A stretch of DNA of 64,000 nt from a virus. Below are positions 44,979 to 55,156 of this stretch, in pieces. Made by a program: the position numbers and the translations under genes. Every line of letters begins with the position of its first letter. Position 1 is the stretch's first letter. Under the pieces are notes generated by a model, which ran no database searches, was not told the origin of the DNA, and saw nothing but the letters and a program-made list of their open reading frames with translations. Location: positions 1-64,000 of IMG/VR virus record IMGVR_UViG_3300017716_002841, one strand, 5' to 3'.

Positions 44979-45833
44979 TTATTTATACCTTTGTAACTCA
45001 GAAAGGTATGGATTTCCGGAACTTTTTCCTTTTTGTTGTACCGCTTCTTTAATAATAGGTACATCTGCTTTAACGTGTCTATCAACAAAGGCTTCTTCCT
45101 TGATAACGTTAATATGTTCTTTTTCCTTTTTCTCAAAAAGTCTGACTGTATAATCATAGTTTTCTTCGATAAAGGTTGGAGATTTGTCGCCTAATACACG
45201 TTTAATGTATTCTCTCTTTCTATCAGAGAGACCCGCAGACTTAGTTTCGAGTAATAGAGCAGATTTTGTCTTGCGATAGCTTTCTTTAATAAGAGTATTT
45301 TCTTTAGAAAGATCAGCAACTTGCTTTGTAAGTGTATCAATTTGATTCTTACCATCTACAACAGCGCCTTGAACCGATTCACTCATTAGAGCGGAATCAA
45401 TTGCTAGGACTTTGCGTAGGTTGCTAAGAACTTCACGTGCTGTTCTATTTTTGGTAGCTTCGTTGATAGCTTCTGTCGGAATAGCTTCATCAAGAAATTC
45501 TTCTAAGTAATTAGAAATAGCTTCTGTAAGCGTAGACTTAAATTTCTTTGCTTCTGTTGTAATTTCACTCTCGTACTTTTTAACAACTTTAACAAGCTTT
45601 CCAGCATTGTTCTTATCAACAGCCTCTACAACTCTCTTTAATTTAGTTGTATGATCCTTGTCAATAGCATTAATAAGTTGTTCAAGTTTCTTAGAATAAA
45701 GATCGTCCTGTTCAGTAAGAGCAGCTTCAACAGTTAATTGAAGTTTCTTACTGAAAGCACTCTCAATAACTTGTAGTGATTCTTCAGAGAGAATCTGCGT
45801 TGCTTCGTCGGGTAGTATATTCTTAACTTTCAT
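44979..45833 (-). CDS. gp22: prohead core scaffolding protein
   Basis: E/K-rich coiled coil directly upstream of gp23. Confidence 0.8.
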   Translation of the reverse strand: MKVKNILPDEATQILSEESLQVIESAFSKKLQLTVEAALTEQDDLYSKKLEQLINAIDKDHTTKLKRVVEAVDKNNAGKLVKVVKKYESEITTEAKKFKSTLTEAISNYLEEFLDEAIPTEAINEATKNRTAREVLSNLRKVLAIDSALMSESVQGAVVDGKNQIDTLTKQVADLSKENTLIKESYRKTKSALLLETKSAGLSDRKREYIKRVLGDKSPTFIEENYDYTVRLFEKKEKEHINVIKEEAFVDRHVKADVPIIKEAVQQKGKSSGNPYLSELQRYK

Positions 45834-45834
45834 A

Positions 45835-46131
45835 TTAGAAGAGTGGTTCATTTAAGGATGCGCTAATTCTAGCTTGAAGTTTGGCTTCAATTACATCCTT
45901 TAAATATTTATTAGCTTGTGCGTAGTTTTTTGTGGAAATTGCAGTTATAAAGTTACTAATATTTTTAGACTCTGTAATTGGCTTTTTAATATCAGACACT
46001 TCTTTAGACTTGGATGTCTTTTTTCCTTTAGCTTTTTTAATAGCTTTAGACCTTACACCTTTATACTCTTGGTCAGGTGCCTCTATCTCACCGTCTTTAT
46101 CGTAATCCTTTTTAGCTAGTTTATTTGCCAT
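45835..46131 (-). CDS. prohead core protein (gp67/68-like position)
   Basis: DYDKDG motif; between gp21 and gp22. Confidence 0.6.
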   Translation of the reverse strand: MANKLAKKDYDKDGEIEAPDQEYKGVRSKAIKKAKGKKTSKSKEVSDIKKPITESKNISNFITAISTKNYAQANKYLKDVIEAKLQARISASLNEPLF

Positions 46132-46139
46132 ATTATTAT

Positions 46140-46805
46140 TTATATAGATTGTATAAATTTTAAGATCTGTTCTCTAAGGAAAAACTCCACATCTTTACGT
46201 GGTAGTTTAGATATTGACCTTTCAAAGCTTTCATAGACTTCTTCATACTTACCGTTTGTAGCTACAACCCATTGTTTAGATTCTAAAATGCCATTAACAA
46301 ACGCTTTTGGAAATGAAGGATCAGCCACACAGTCAACAGCAACAAGTTTAAGATTTCTAACTGTATTGTGAGTTGATCCTTCTTCAAGTGTGCCTAGCGC
46401 TCTAGATGACATACCAACTTTTACACCATCATTGATAAGAGACTTAACAATAAGTCCACAAGGTGTGGAAAGTACCTTTGATTTACCGAAGAATACATTA
46501 TTATCTTCATACATTTCCGTTACCATATGACAGGCACGTTCTAGATCAACATCTGCTGTCGTAGGGTGATTAAGCTCTCCCATGGCTCTACCCGGTTTGA
46601 TCATTTCCTCATTATAACGATGCACCTCTTGGCGTAATTCATCAATTGGATATAAGCGCTTATTCTTATTAACGCCTTCCGCCATCATATAAGGACCCTT
46701 AATAAATAAGGTGGAAGGTGCATTTCTATTGCTTTCTTCGACAACATATTCAAATTGATCGTCAAGCGCTGGTTTTTCTACTAATAGATTAAGCTTTAAT
46801 GCCAT
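46140..46805 (-). CDS. gp21: prohead protease
   Basis: NKNKRLYP, AMGELNHP, GMSSRALG, DCVADPS. Confidence 0.95.
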   Translation of the reverse strand: MALKLNLLVEKPALDDQFEYVVEESNRNAPSTLFIKGPYMMAEGVNKNKRLYPIDELRQEVHRYNEEMIKPGRAMGELNHPTTADVDLERACHMVTEMYEDNNVFFGKSKVLSTPCGLIVKSLINDGVKVGMSSRALGTLEEGSTHNTVRNLKLVAVDCVADPSFPKAFVNGILESKQWVVATNGKYEEVYESFERSISKLPRKDVEFFLREQILKFIQSI

Positions 46806-46837
46806 ATCTATATTTATGCTAGTACTAATATAATCTA

Positions 46838-47269
46838 TCAAATAAGGTGCTTTTCAGTAAGGATTAAAAAATCAAATCCTTTCTTTTTACAAAATTCCTT
46901 TGCCGCGTTCCATTTAGCTTGATTGATAACCCATGCAGATTGTTCATAAATAAGATGTTCTTTATTTTTATACTTCGTTTTAGGTGCCTGCGTCTGTTTA
47001 GAAGGCTTTATTTCAATTAGATAATGCTTTATAGTGTTATCTTCTTTTATAGAAACAAAATTATCTACAAAGTATCTATGTACTCTACCATCTAAAGGAC
47101 TAAGATAAGGTATAACAATATTTTCACTTCCCCATTTTATAACATTAGGATTATTGTCACAAAAGCGCATAAACTTAAGCTCTAGACCTGATCTATATAT
47201 AGCACAAGAACCTATAAACTTATCTTTATTAATAGGTGTAAACTTACCTTGTCTGTATTTAGAATTCAT
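46838..47269 (-). CDS. gp4: head completion nuclease
   Basis: YRSGLE, WGSE, HRYFVD, EIKP, NQAKW, ILTE. Confidence 0.9.
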   Translation of the reverse strand: MNSKYRQGKFTPINKDKFIGSCAIYRSGLELKFMRFCDNNPNVIKWGSENIVIPYLSPLDGRVHRYFVDNFVSIKEDNTIKHYLIEIKPSKQTQAPKTKYKNKEHLIYEQSAWVINQAKWNAAKEFCKKKGFDFLILTEKHLI

Positions 47270-47283
47270 TACCTCGTAAAGTC

Positions 47284-48423
47284 TTAACCTACAAAGAACA
47301 TAGGCGGGTCGTTATCTCCTTGATTACCTTCCATTAATCGCAATTCTAAATCTCTCTTACGTTGCGTACCCTCACTTAAAAGATCTGAATAATTAAGTGT
47401 ACCTCCTCCTAATAAGCTAACTCCGGAGAACTTACCCCTTACATAGCTTAAGGTTATCATCGTTAGAGCGAGCGCATATTCATATACCCATTGTTCTTTA
47501 ATTAGATCTCTAACAGGTCTTTCAAGCCAGCACGCTAGTACACCATAAAATCTACTTGCACCGGGTTGTGGATACATTTGTAGATATTGCGTTCTTTCAT
47601 CAAATTTTATATCTCTTTTAGTAGCAAGTACCTTTTCACGTGTTTCCATCCATTCCTTCATCGTATACCACGAAACAAGATCAAATCCATAATTACCTAA
47701 CGCGTAACTAAAATATGTTTGCTGCGCTAAAGTTTGTTCAAGAGTAAACAAAGTATTTATACCTTGATTTGATCCTTCTTCAAACTCCACAACAGACATT
47801 ACCTTTCTATAATCCATTGCATCATAGTCAAATACGTTTGAGTATTCAGTTGCAGTAGCGTCTTGTGATTGAATTGATACGACTTTAGTTTGTGATTGCT
47901 TAAAAATAGATGATAAATTAATATTAAATGATGTTAGCTTTGAGTATAGTGATGCATCAACTGTTTCAAACTCAGTTAAACCCTCTGTAAATATACCTGA
48001 TAATTCTACAGACGTCGTAAAGTAGCTACTAATAAGAGAAGATGTAGATATATAAATAGACGAAGGTGTTTCAATAGTAAAGTCAGACCCCGTCCATTTG
48101 GGCTTATTTGATATTTTTTGCGTATCTGTTATACCTGCTTTAGATAGAGTATATAAATGATCAAGTCTAACACCCTTATTTTTTTCGTAGATTTGAGAAT
48201 CAAATATTAAAAACTCTTTTGTATACCCTGCATATTTTGAAAAATACTCAATAGCGATTTGAATATTTTGAAATAGCTGATCTTGATGTATTTCAAGCGA
48301 AATTAATGGATAGCCGAGTGATCGTTTAATACGATCACCTAGATCTCCAAACGTTTGTAATCGATTATTTAAATTGGTGGATTGAAACGCAGATACATTT
48401 AAAACTTCACAAGCTAATGACAT
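47284..48423 (-). CDS. gp13: neck protein
   Basis: RIKRSLGYPLI, KFSGVSLLGGGTLN, PPMFFVG. Confidence 0.85.
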   Translation of the reverse strand: MSLACEVLNVSAFQSTNLNNRLQTFGDLGDRIKRSLGYPLISLEIHQDQLFQNIQIAIEYFSKYAGYTKEFLIFDSQIYEKNKGVRLDHLYTLSKAGITDTQKISNKPKWTGSDFTIETPSSIYISTSSLISSYFTTSVELSGIFTEGLTEFETVDASLYSKLTSFNINLSSIFKQSQTKVVSIQSQDATATEYSNVFDYDAMDYRKVMSVVEFEEGSNQGINTLFTLEQTLAQQTYFSYALGNYGFDLVSWYTMKEWMETREKVLATKRDIKFDERTQYLQMYPQPGASRFYGVLACWLERPVRDLIKEQWVYEYALALTMITLSYVRGKFSGVSLLGGGTLNYSDLLSEGTQRKRDLELRLMEGNQGDNDPPMFFVG

Positions 48424-48440
48424 ATTATTATTTAATAAAG

Positions 48441-50249
48441 TTAAGCAGCTGGTGCCGTTGTTTCTGGAGCCGGTGTCGCTTCACCGCCTGCTGGTTCTGC
48501 TGCTGGTCCTCCTGTAAACGTAGGTGGCGGACCGCCAGGACCTACACCGGTGCCACCGCCAGGTCCTCCCATACCGCCTTCCATACCACCTTCCATACCT
48601 GTACCTGCGCCGAGATCCGCGGCGATGACTTGCTCTCTCCAGGCTGGACCTGCTGTTGTTATTTGTGCTAACTCCCATTGAAGTTCTGCATCCTTACGTA
48701 AAAACTCTCTATTAGCTAAAATATCCACATCCTTCCAGCCTAGATACTTTTTCTGAGCGTATGTCTTAGATACAAACTCACTGGATGTAACAGTATTATA
48801 ACCTTCAACTTTAAGACTAAGTCGTTGACTTTCACGCATTTCGTAAAAGTTAGTTGGTACGTTAAATTTAATCTCTATTTGTGTTTCATTTAGGTCATAC
48901 TTTTCCCACAAACCTTTTAGTCGTAAATGCGTAACAAAAGCTTTTTCTATACCAGCAGCGAATCGTTGCTGTTGTCTGATTACAAACTTAGCAAATTTTA
49001 ATTCTTCGCGTAGTATTTCTGAACCATCTTTAAATCCATCTTGTGGATCTAATCGAGCCGCTGGAACCTTCAACGACCTATAAAGCTTTTTAATAAAGTA
49101 CATTAAATCAGCTAATTCGCCAAGATTTTGACCGCCTTGAAGCTGACTTACCGAAGATCCTTCAGAACCTTGTCTCTTTGGAAACCAAAAAGCATCAAGC
49201 ATGGATTGAGGGTTAAATTTCTTTACTACGTCTGCCTGATCTACATCAAATGTCTTACTTGACCAGTAGTTAGCAATAAGCTTCTTTAGATAAGCTTCCG
49301 CTTTCGGTGCAGGCATATTACCTACATCAACATTGAATACAAGACGTTCTGGTGCTCTTACTAATCTATAGATAACTATAGCATCTTCAATTAGAGAGAG
49401 TTGCCTATACGCACGGCGTGCATTTTCAAGAAATGGCATTATCATCGTCTTAGACTCATTCATAACACCAGAATTTACATAAAGTACTTGATTTTGATCA
49501 AGAGGTATATGCTCTATTTTTTCTTGTTTACTAGGATGATTTGGATCAAATACAGGCTTTCTGTATATATACCCCTTAACAATCATATTCTGAATGTTAT
49601 TATAAACTGGATCAATAAGTTCGGATGGTAGGTTAATAATTCCAAGAATACCTTCATCAGTATAATCCTTATGAATAATAAGCTCAAAAAATACTTCACC
49701 TTCAACTAATAACTGCCGAAAATATTGCCAACCTTTATTTTTAAAGTCAAAATATTCTATAAATTTTTCAAATTCTTTATCTATATTGGCTTTATCTTTT
49801 ACAGCTAAATCTGTATTTTTATAACTAATAATAACCTCACTACCATTCTCATCGGTGTTGATCATTTCGTCGCAAATTTCATCCAATGCGTCAGCTACAT
49901 CAGAATACGCAGCCATAACTCTATAATCTCTTAGTCTAGGACCTTTATTCTCTTGAATATTAGCATACATCACTTGACCGAAGGATGTATCTTTGCCCAT
50001 AGATCCAATAGCTAAGTTATTAAATTCATTTGAACTAGATATTGAGTGTTTAGCAAGTACTTCTGAACGCTTTAGACCAGACTCGGCAAATGTTTTATAT
50101 TTAGGGTTAAGATTATTATTTTCTGTATCTATAATATTTGAATATGGCAGCTTATTCTGAACATACGCCATTAAATCTCGTCCAAATGTAGATGTTCTAC
50201 CATCATTTGAAGTGTAATTTCTATTTTGATTCGAAGTTGTATCAGCCAT
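48441..50249 (-). CDS. gp20: portal protein
   Basis: EDAIVIYRLVRAPERLVFNVDVGNMP, L.GGQNLGEL, REELKF. Confidence 0.95.
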   Translation of the reverse strand: MADTTSNQNRNYTSNDGRTSTFGRDLMAYVQNKLPYSNIIDTENNNLNPKYKTFAESGLKRSEVLAKHSISSSNEFNNLAIGSMGKDTSFGQVMYANIQENKGPRLRDYRVMAAYSDVADALDEICDEMINTDENGSEVIISYKNTDLAVKDKANIDKEFEKFIEYFDFKNKGWQYFRQLLVEGEVFFELIIHKDYTDEGILGIINLPSELIDPVYNNIQNMIVKGYIYRKPVFDPNHPSKQEKIEHIPLDQNQVLYVNSGVMNESKTMIMPFLENARRAYRQLSLIEDAIVIYRLVRAPERLVFNVDVGNMPAPKAEAYLKKLIANYWSSKTFDVDQADVVKKFNPQSMLDAFWFPKRQGSEGSSVSQLQGGQNLGELADLMYFIKKLYRSLKVPAARLDPQDGFKDGSEILREELKFAKFVIRQQQRFAAGIEKAFVTHLRLKGLWEKYDLNETQIEIKFNVPTNFYEMRESQRLSLKVEGYNTVTSSEFVSKTYAQKKYLGWKDVDILANREFLRKDAELQWELAQITTAGPAWREQVIAADLGAGTGMEGGMEGGMGGPGGGTGVGPGGPPPTFTGGPAAEPAGGEATPAPETTAPAA

Positions 50250-50259
50250 CTACGTATAT

Positions 50260-51375
50260 TTATACAACACTAAGAGCATAGCCATTACTAGTACCTGCCC
50301 AACCCGCACTATTTGAAGTTATAAAGGTAAATGTACCTAATGTTGAGAGTGTACTTACTGCAAGTGTTATCGTAGCCATATTATCACTTAAAACATTATA
50401 CTGACTTTTATCTAATTCATAAGCACTTATAACTGGCGATTTAGCAGTTTTTATAGCTTTATAGTTAGAGTAAAAATCAGTAACATTACTACTCAGATAA
50501 AAGCTATTACTATATTTAAACCGTTTTCCATATATTAAAAAGTTATTTAATTTATTCTTCTTAATAGTTATAGGGTCTTTTATAATAGTTGTTGTATTAT
50601 TTGTTGTGTATAATAAATTTGTTATAGTAGGTACACCTGAAACGGTTACTGTTTCTGTAAAATCACTAGCCATATTAATAGAACTTAAAATATTAAAATT
50701 ATCTAATGTTAATATTTTTTTATTAATATCGATATTATAAAAGTTGGAATCAACTTTATATATTATACCTACTTTGTCTGTTTCTCTAAACAACCAACCT
50801 TTGATTATAAATGATGTATCAACGACCACTCTAAACTTATCAGCAAATGTTGTATCTGTTGGTGTTGTGTATGAAAGAGTTTCATTCCAAAGTACTTCGG
50901 ATCGGATCTCTGTTGTATTAGCTAGTTTATAAGACTCGGGAAGCTGCCATGATAGAATTATATAAGGATTTGCGTATGGAACAAAATTAGATATAATTTG
51001 ATCCATATCACTCATATACCGCGTCATTATGGACATGTTAACCACAATATTAATAGGTACAGGAGCAGGTACCTTAACAGCTTTTTGACCATACTCTTTT
51101 GACGTTAGGTAGGTAGCTTCTATCTTACTAAATACACGTGAACTATCTCTCGATATAGAAGCAATATCAACAGCTACTACAGGTAGAGTTATGTTTTGCG
51201 CTTTATTTACGATATCGTACATTACTCTCTGCTTTGGAGCAAAGACATATCTCACTTCAATATTTTCTTTTACATCGCGGTTATTATTAAAGCGTGATAT
51301 TACTGTATCGTCAAAGGCCGCAATAAATTGAGTTATTAAGTCTTTAACTTCCCAAAAATACGATCGATTATTCAC
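50260..51375 (-). CDS. gp15: tail sheath stabiliser/terminator
   Basis: FIAAFDD, APKQR, ITLP, PVPINI, DQIISNFVPY, GWLF. Confidence 0.75.
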   Translation of the reverse strand: MNNRSYFWEVKDLITQFIAAFDDTVISRFNNNRDVKENIEVRYVFAPKQRVMYDIVNKAQNITLPVVAVDIASISRDSSRVFSKIEATYLTSKEYGQKAVKVPAPVPINIVVNMSIMTRYMSDMDQIISNFVPYANPYIILSWQLPESYKLANTTEIRSEVLWNETLSYTTPTDTTFADKFRVVVDTSFIIKGWLFRETDKVGIIYKVDSNFYNIDINKKILTLDNFNILSSINMASDFTETVTVSGVPTITNLLYTTNNTTTIIKDPITIKKNKLNNFLIYGKRFKYSNSFYLSSNVTDFYSNYKAIKTAKSPVISAYELDKSQYNVLSDNMATITLAVSTLSTLGTFTFITSNSAGWAGTSNGYALSVV

Positions 51376-51388
51376 ATACGTATTTAGT

Positions 51389-53029
51389 CTACATAAATCT
51401 ATCTAGGAAATATTTCGGAATCTTATGCTTATTCTTAACTACCATTTCAATAATAGCAGCATCAAGTACATACGTTTTACAGTAGTCTTTTTGTGAACGC
51501 ACACCACGGCCACACGATTGTATAAATGAGCTCAACATCTTGTTCGCATACCAATTAAAATCTAGTTTCATTAACTTCTCTACCCTTCTATCTGTCGTGG
51601 GTAAATATGGAGCTTTAATAACAATTTGAAATCTCGCAAGATCACCTTTTAAGTCAACTCCATGTGACATTGACGGTGACGCAATAATAGTAGGTTTGTC
51701 TGTATTATAATGTATATCTAAGATTTCTTCATTACGTACACCTGGTTCGCGATAAATAATACGACTATTATTGATATTTGTTTTGAGGTAGTTCGTTATA
51801 AAGTTGGTATGAGTATGAATAATACCTTTTTCATTTTTATGATGCTCGCAGATATCTTCAATAATTTTTACCAGTTTAGGTAAATTTACTTGTAAGTTAT
51901 TATAGTTCAGTTTTGTTTTTGTAGCTACATAAATTGGAGCTTTTGATGCATCAAATGTAGATTCAGCTTCAATGTATTTATACTTGTCAATACCAAGCGA
52001 TTTACAGAAGTTTACTGGATCTATAATAGTTGCTGACATTAAAACAATTTTATCTGCATAATCGAAAATACACTTTGATAGCTTATCAACCTTTAAAGGC
52101 ATAAAATTAATACCTTTTGGCTGTCGTTCGAAAATATATTCACTATCCTTCCATGTACTTAGTAATGTTTTAATCTTACCATGTAAATTATTCAAGATAA
52201 TCAATTCACTCTTTTGGTCGTTGAGAGCTATCGCAGTTATTTTTTTAGGTTTATTAATAATCTCACGTAGTTCATCAATTCGTTCATCAATATTACCGCA
52301 AAGATTTTCAAGCCACCTTCCTACTTTACCATAATCCTCATTATCTGGAAACGGTGAAATATGAATTTGCGATTTTTTAAGGAAGTCAAAATTAAGTTGA
52401 CAAGAGAACTCTTTTACAAGTTGATCCTCAAGTTCTGATGCTTCATCACAAATAATAAACTCCTTATTTTTAAGGTGGACAGGTAAAGAAAAGAACATAT
52501 TATAGTTTAGTGTTGCAAATGTAGATATAAGCGCGCTATTTCTTGCTTTATAATACGGACAACTATTTTGCGTCCAACAACTTTCCTTTAACTTATTTAG
52601 ATGTAAACACGGTGCATATTCTGCAGTAAATTCTGTATCATATGTACATTGATAGTTTGATTTACCTTTTAACACATCTGTATCATTAAACAACTCTTTG
52701 TACTGATCCTGCAATGCTTTAGTAATTGTCAACGCAAAGGTACCGAATGGTTGCTCTTCACTAACTTCATCTTCATATTGATAGCCTCCCAACGGCGTTC
52801 TTTTGTAGATTAAGTATGATTCGACTAGCTCCTTGAATCCTGCTGAGGGTGGTTTTGCCACGTTGCCTAGTGTCTTTGATACAAATGACTTACCTGAACC
52901 AGTAGGTGCACTACATACTACAAACTTATAACCTTCATCAAAAGCCTTATTAATATTACTAATTAATTTTACTTGTTGATCGCTTGGAGTAAAACTACTC
53001 GGAAACTTTTGTAAATATTCGCCTACCAT
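51389..53029 (-). CDS. DinG/XPD-family helicase
   Basis: APTGSGKS, KGKSNYQC...CPYY, DEA, MSAT, GVDL, QSCGRGVR. Confidence 0.9.
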   Translation of the reverse strand: MVGEYLQKFPSSFTPSDQQVKLISNINKAFDEGYKFVVCSAPTGSGKSFVSKTLGNVAKPPSAGFKELVESYLIYKRTPLGGYQYEDEVSEEQPFGTFALTITKALQDQYKELFNDTDVLKGKSNYQCTYDTEFTAEYAPCLHLNKLKESCWTQNSCPYYKARNSALISTFATLNYNMFFSLPVHLKNKEFIICDEASELEDQLVKEFSCQLNFDFLKKSQIHISPFPDNEDYGKVGRWLENLCGNIDERIDELREIINKPKKITAIALNDQKSELIILNNLHGKIKTLLSTWKDSEYIFERQPKGINFMPLKVDKLSKCIFDYADKIVLMSATIIDPVNFCKSLGIDKYKYIEAESTFDASKAPIYVATKTKLNYNNLQVNLPKLVKIIEDICEHHKNEKGIIHTHTNFITNYLKTNINNSRIIYREPGVRNEEILDIHYNTDKPTIIASPSMSHGVDLKGDLARFQIVIKAPYLPTTDRRVEKLMKLDFNWYANKMLSSFIQSCGRGVRSQKDYCKTYVLDAAIIEMVVKNKHKIPKYFLDRFM

Positions 53030-53053
53030 ATATTATATTATAATATAGTTCCC

Positions 53054-53395
53054 TTATAAAACAGGAACAATACTTACAATATTGTCATACATCTTGTATG
53101 ATGAACTATTTTTTTGCGATTTTAATTTACTTGTAATAGGTTGTAAATTATTTGTGAACGAACTGATTTGATAATTTAATGAGCAGCTTACTCCGTCACT
53201 CGTTACACTAAAGGGATACGGCAATTCAAGGATTTTAATATCTTTTTTATCTGTTTCGATATGAAAACGAATGAAGTATTGCTTTATTGTAAATAATTGT
53301 AACTTACCTACCTTAAGAACCTTATTTTCACATTTAAACGCTACTTTAGATTGTAAGAATCTTTGAAAAATTTTATTATAGTGTTCACTATTCAT
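53054..53395 (-). CDS. hypothetical protein
   Basis: ORF in operon. Confidence 0.6.
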   Translation of the reverse strand: MNSEHYNKIFQRFLQSKVAFKCENKVLKVGKLQLFTIKQYFIRFHIETDKKDIKILELPYPFSVTSDGVSCSLNYQISSFTNNLQPITSKLKSQKNSSSYKMYDNIVSIVPVL

Positions 53396-53769
53396 GTATC
53401 CATAAAATTAATTTTTTGTTCTGTAGACATCGGAAATATGTTTGTATTGAAATAATTCCAGAAAGTTTCATCTGCTGGTATTTCTTTTATTACATCAACT
53501 TTATCTACTGATACGATTCGATAATCCTGCATTAACACATCCCACACTACTAAGGCGTTGTTCTTAGCTTCGTTGAACTGCTTATTGTGTTTAGGTGGTG
53601 AATAGTTTAATACAATACGACCATTGGTAGACTGTAATAAACTATAAGATTTTGTACAAATCATCCTACGAGTTGGTGACTTACCAGGTAAAATAATACG
53701 TCTACTAAATCTTAAATCTACTACATTATTTAGTAATAGATTTTCAAGCGTTGATCGTTGAACTATCAT
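53392..53769 (-). CDS. WYL/SH3-like (DUF2693-like) protein
   Basis: VVDLRF.RR...RRMICT...VVWDV..QDYR. Confidence 0.6.
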   Translation of the reverse strand: MIVQRSTLENLLLNNVVDLRFSRRIILPGKSPTRRMICTKSYSLLQSTNGRIVLNYSPPKHNKQFNEAKNNALVVWDVLMQDYRIVSVDKVDVIKEIPADETFWNYFNTNIFPMSTEQKINFMDT

Positions 53770-54166
53770 TATTTTTTGGTTTGCAAATTCCGAATATTCT
53801 ATTCTCGTTTAAAAATACACCATTCTTAATATTTCCATGATCTTTAATAGCCATATTTGCTACAGTCATGCCTAGGTTGCTAGGAAATAGGACAATATCA
53901 CCTACCTTTGTATATTTTACTTCTGGACCAACCAGTATAACTTTAGCTTTTCGCCATGCTTTAGTTACGGTGTTTGTAGGTATATAAATACCGTTTCGAA
54001 TAATTCCATCACCGTCCGATGTGAGATCGATATATTCAACAAGAATAATATCCTCTAAAATAAATGTTAACTCTAAATCTTCTAACCCGAAATCCCCATC
54101 TGAATGCGAAGAAAGGTCAATAAGACTTTTCATTGGTGCTAGTGTATCGATACTTCTTGATGCCAT
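53744..54166 (-). CDS. GroES-like co-chaperonin
   Basis: DIILVE, NGIYIP, AKVILVGPEVKYTKVGDIVLF, LNENRIFG. Confidence 0.8.
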   Translation of the reverse strand: MASRSIDTLAPMKSLIDLSSHSDGDFGLEDLELTFILEDIILVEYIDLTSDGDGIIRNGIYIPTNTVTKAWRKAKVILVGPEVKYTKVGDIVLFPSNLGMTVANMAIKDHGNIKNGVFLNENRIFGICKPKNNDSSTINA

Positions 54167-54182
54167 ATAGTTATATATTATA

Positions 54183-54548
54183 CTAGTTAAAGAAGTCAAT
54201 GTAATGTTTCAACTCGCGTTGCGAAATCATATTGTTTCTCGCAATAATAGGTATGTCTTTATTTTCCTTTTCTTCTTTTTCTTTTTTCTTTTTTACATAA
54301 GAAATCTTCTTATATTGACATGTAGGTATTAAATGGTAGTATAGTTTAAACATTTCGTTTTTATCATCTAAGAGTCCTGTAAACCGATTTAATGTTTCGT
54401 TAACAAAGACAGCTTGTGTAGCTCCATAAAAAGACAACCACCTATTTATCATAAACGGTGTAAATTGCTGAAGACCATCACTATCGAGGTCTTCAGCAAT
54501 TGTCTTCTTACTAAAGATTAATTTTCTTAGTAAGTCAAAAAAGTTCAT
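54183..54548 (-). CDS. gp62: clamp loader small subunit
   Basis: MNFFD...FTPFMINRWLS...NETLN. Confidence 0.7.
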   Translation of the reverse strand: MNFFDLLRKLIFSKKTIAEDLDSDGLQQFTPFMINRWLSFYGATQAVFVNETLNRFTGLLDDKNEMFKLYYHLIPTCQYKKISYVKKKKEKEEKENKDIPIIARNNMISQRELKHYIDFFN

Positions 54549-54559
54549 AAGATATCTAA

Positions 54560-55141
54560 TTATAAGCAGATCTTCGTCGTAGCGATTTGAATATCTTTAA
54601 CTTCATCATTAAAGAATTCAATAACGCCTTCCATAAGATCATTAACAGACTCATCATTTAGTTTAGTACTATAAGCGAACCCTGGAGCCTTTTTACCAGC
54701 ATTAACATTAATACCAGTATGTCCAATAGCTACCCCATCTTTGGAGTATGTGATTGACACACTAACCTTACCTACATCGCGTTCTGTTTTATCTGAACCA
54801 ATAAACTTATCATGTACCATAAGATCGTCACCTCTCATTTCAATTGGCTTTCCAATAAAGCGTGAAAGTAAATTAGCAATAACAGTATTAAAATGTCGTT
54901 GGAAAGCTACAGCACCAATCGAGCAGAGGTTTGGAATCTCCCAGCAGAAGTTAATAGAGTCGTCGCTGAAGATATAATCCTTAGTTAAGGAATCTTCAAG
55001 ATCAATCAAGTTATCACTTACAAACATAGGAGCTCTAAAAGCTACAATATTACCATAAGGAGATACTTCTTTGTTAAAGAATTGATAGGCAAAACGCTTA
55101 TGTATAAGGTTTCCATTATAAATCGGATGTTCAATAATCAT
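54560..55141 (-). CDS. DUF366-like protein (biotin/lipoate ligase-like fold)
   Basis: IVAFRAP, LIDLED, AFQR, GDDL, GKVSVSI, HTGINV. Confidence 0.7.
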   Translation of the reverse strand: MIIEHPIYNGNLIHKRFAYQFFNKEVSPYGNIVAFRAPMFVSDNLIDLEDSLTKDYIFSDDSINFCWEIPNLCSIGAVAFQRHFNTVIANLLSRFIGKPIEMRGDDLMVHDKFIGSDKTERDVGKVSVSITYSKDGVAIGHTGINVNAGKKAPGFAYSTKLNDESVNDLMEGVIEFFNDEVKDIQIATTKICL

Positions 55142-55156
55142 ATAACTTATTATATG

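Noticed and set aside
160-49631. Many short alternative-frame or antisense ORFs in the track (e.g. 160-384, 10943-11563, 43492-44287)
   Set aside because: They shadow better-supported genes and lack promoter motifs or recognisable domains.
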